From contig JAHRHZ010000078.1 in NCBI GenBank assembly GCA_024137785.1, forward strand, positions 15,708,936 through 15,772,935: a stretch of DNA of 64,000 bases, in the 5' to 3' direction. The stretch is from Ginglymostoma cirratum (lineage: Eukaryota). Below, piece by piece: positions 63,060 through 64,000 of the stretch. Each line of letters opens with the position of its first letter. The first letter of the stretch is position 1. Both the position numbers and the translations under genes were made by a program. Under the pieces are notes generated by a model. The model was not told the DNA's origin, searched no databases, and saw only the letters and a list, made by a program, of their open reading frames with translations.

Positions 63060-63975
63060 ATCTGTACAATATCCAGGCTTGGGCTGAAAATGGCAAGAAA
63101 CTTATGCAAAACTCAAATGCCAGGCAATGACTGTCTCCAGTAAGAGACAATCTAACTTTTGTATCTTGACATTCAATCGCCCACTATCAATATTCTATAG
63201 GTCACCATTGACCAGAAACTAAATTGGACGAGCCATTTAAATACAGTAGCTACAAGATCAGGTTTGAGGCTAGGAATCCTGCAATAAGTCTTATCCTGAC
63301 TCCTCCAAAACCTGTCCACCATTTACAAGGTGCAAGTAAGGAGTGTGATGGCATACTCCCTGTTTGGTGAATGAGTGCAGCTCTAATAACACTGAAGAGG
63401 CTTAACACTATCCAGAACAAAGAGGTCCACTTATCATAACACTCAAGGATATGGACAAGTGCAGGAAATTGAGATGAGTGCGCTTTCAAAGGTAATTATG
63501 TTGGTGCAGACTCGATGGGCCAAAAGGCCTTTTCTGCACTGTATGACTCAATGACTCTGACTTGATTGGCACCTCAACTACAAACATTCACTCCATCCAC
63601 CACTGATGCTCAAAAGCAGCAGTACCATCTACAAGGTGCATTTCAGAAATTCACCAAGGCTCCAAAGACAGCACCTTTCAAGCCCAGGTCTACTGCCATC
63701 TCAAAGGGCAAGGGCAGCAATAGATAGGAGCACCAACACCTGCAAGGGTTTCTTCTAATCCACTCATCATATTGGCATGGAGATATAATTGTCATTCCTT
63801 TATTGTTGCTGGGACAAAATTCTAGAATCCTCTCTGATATTATTGCGGCTCAACTTATAGCACGTGGACCATTGTGGTTCAAGAAGGCAGCTCACTACCA
63901 CCTACCCCCGGACAACTGGAGATGGGCAATAAATGATGGCCCAGACAAGATGCCTACATGGAATGAATTAAAAAT
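63060..63975 (+). mobile_element. CR1-clade family B 3' fragment with an inserted CR1 tail (about 63433-63558)
   Basis: Homologous to 2580-3338; interrupted at ccactt | gattggcacc. Confidence 0.88.
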
Positions 63976-64000
63976 GTAGCATCTGAGGTTTGTTCTTCGC

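Noticed and set aside
1-64000. CRISPR arrays, operons, rRNA, prokaryotic defence systems
   Set aside because: None seen; the sequence is vertebrate repeat-rich DNA, and the RTs and nucleases belong to retrotransposons.

Overview
Vertebrate (non-prokaryotic) DNA; the repeat content (HE1/V-SINE, DeuSINE-like copies, CR1 LINEs with SGNH-esterase ORF1, hammerhead-bearing Penelope-like elements) points to a shark/elasmobranch genome, most likely intronic or intergenic. Roughly half or more of the window is transposon-derived by eye. It holds a young CR1 lacking its endonuclease (17918-20562), many older CR1/L2 fragments, four GIY-YIG Penelope-like elements (PLEs), several short non-coding PLE-end elements, decayed Harbinger-like DNA transposons and SINEs. 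There is a 399-N gap at 31052-31450. I could not identify a host protein-coding gene, only weak candidate exons. The most interesting signals are: (i) PLE insertions and ORF-less fold-back mini-derivatives with minimal hammerhead ribozyme motifs and 8-15 bp target-site duplications (TSDs); (ii) a recent 255-bp inverted templated insertion with a 9-bp TSD copied from an old SINE 1 kb away; (iii) the endonuclease-deleted CR1 with a TSD; (iv) a ~455-bp direct duplication enclosing a multi-stem hairpin. Repeat family names come from my recall of consensus sequences, not from database searches, and boundaries of old repeats are approximate.
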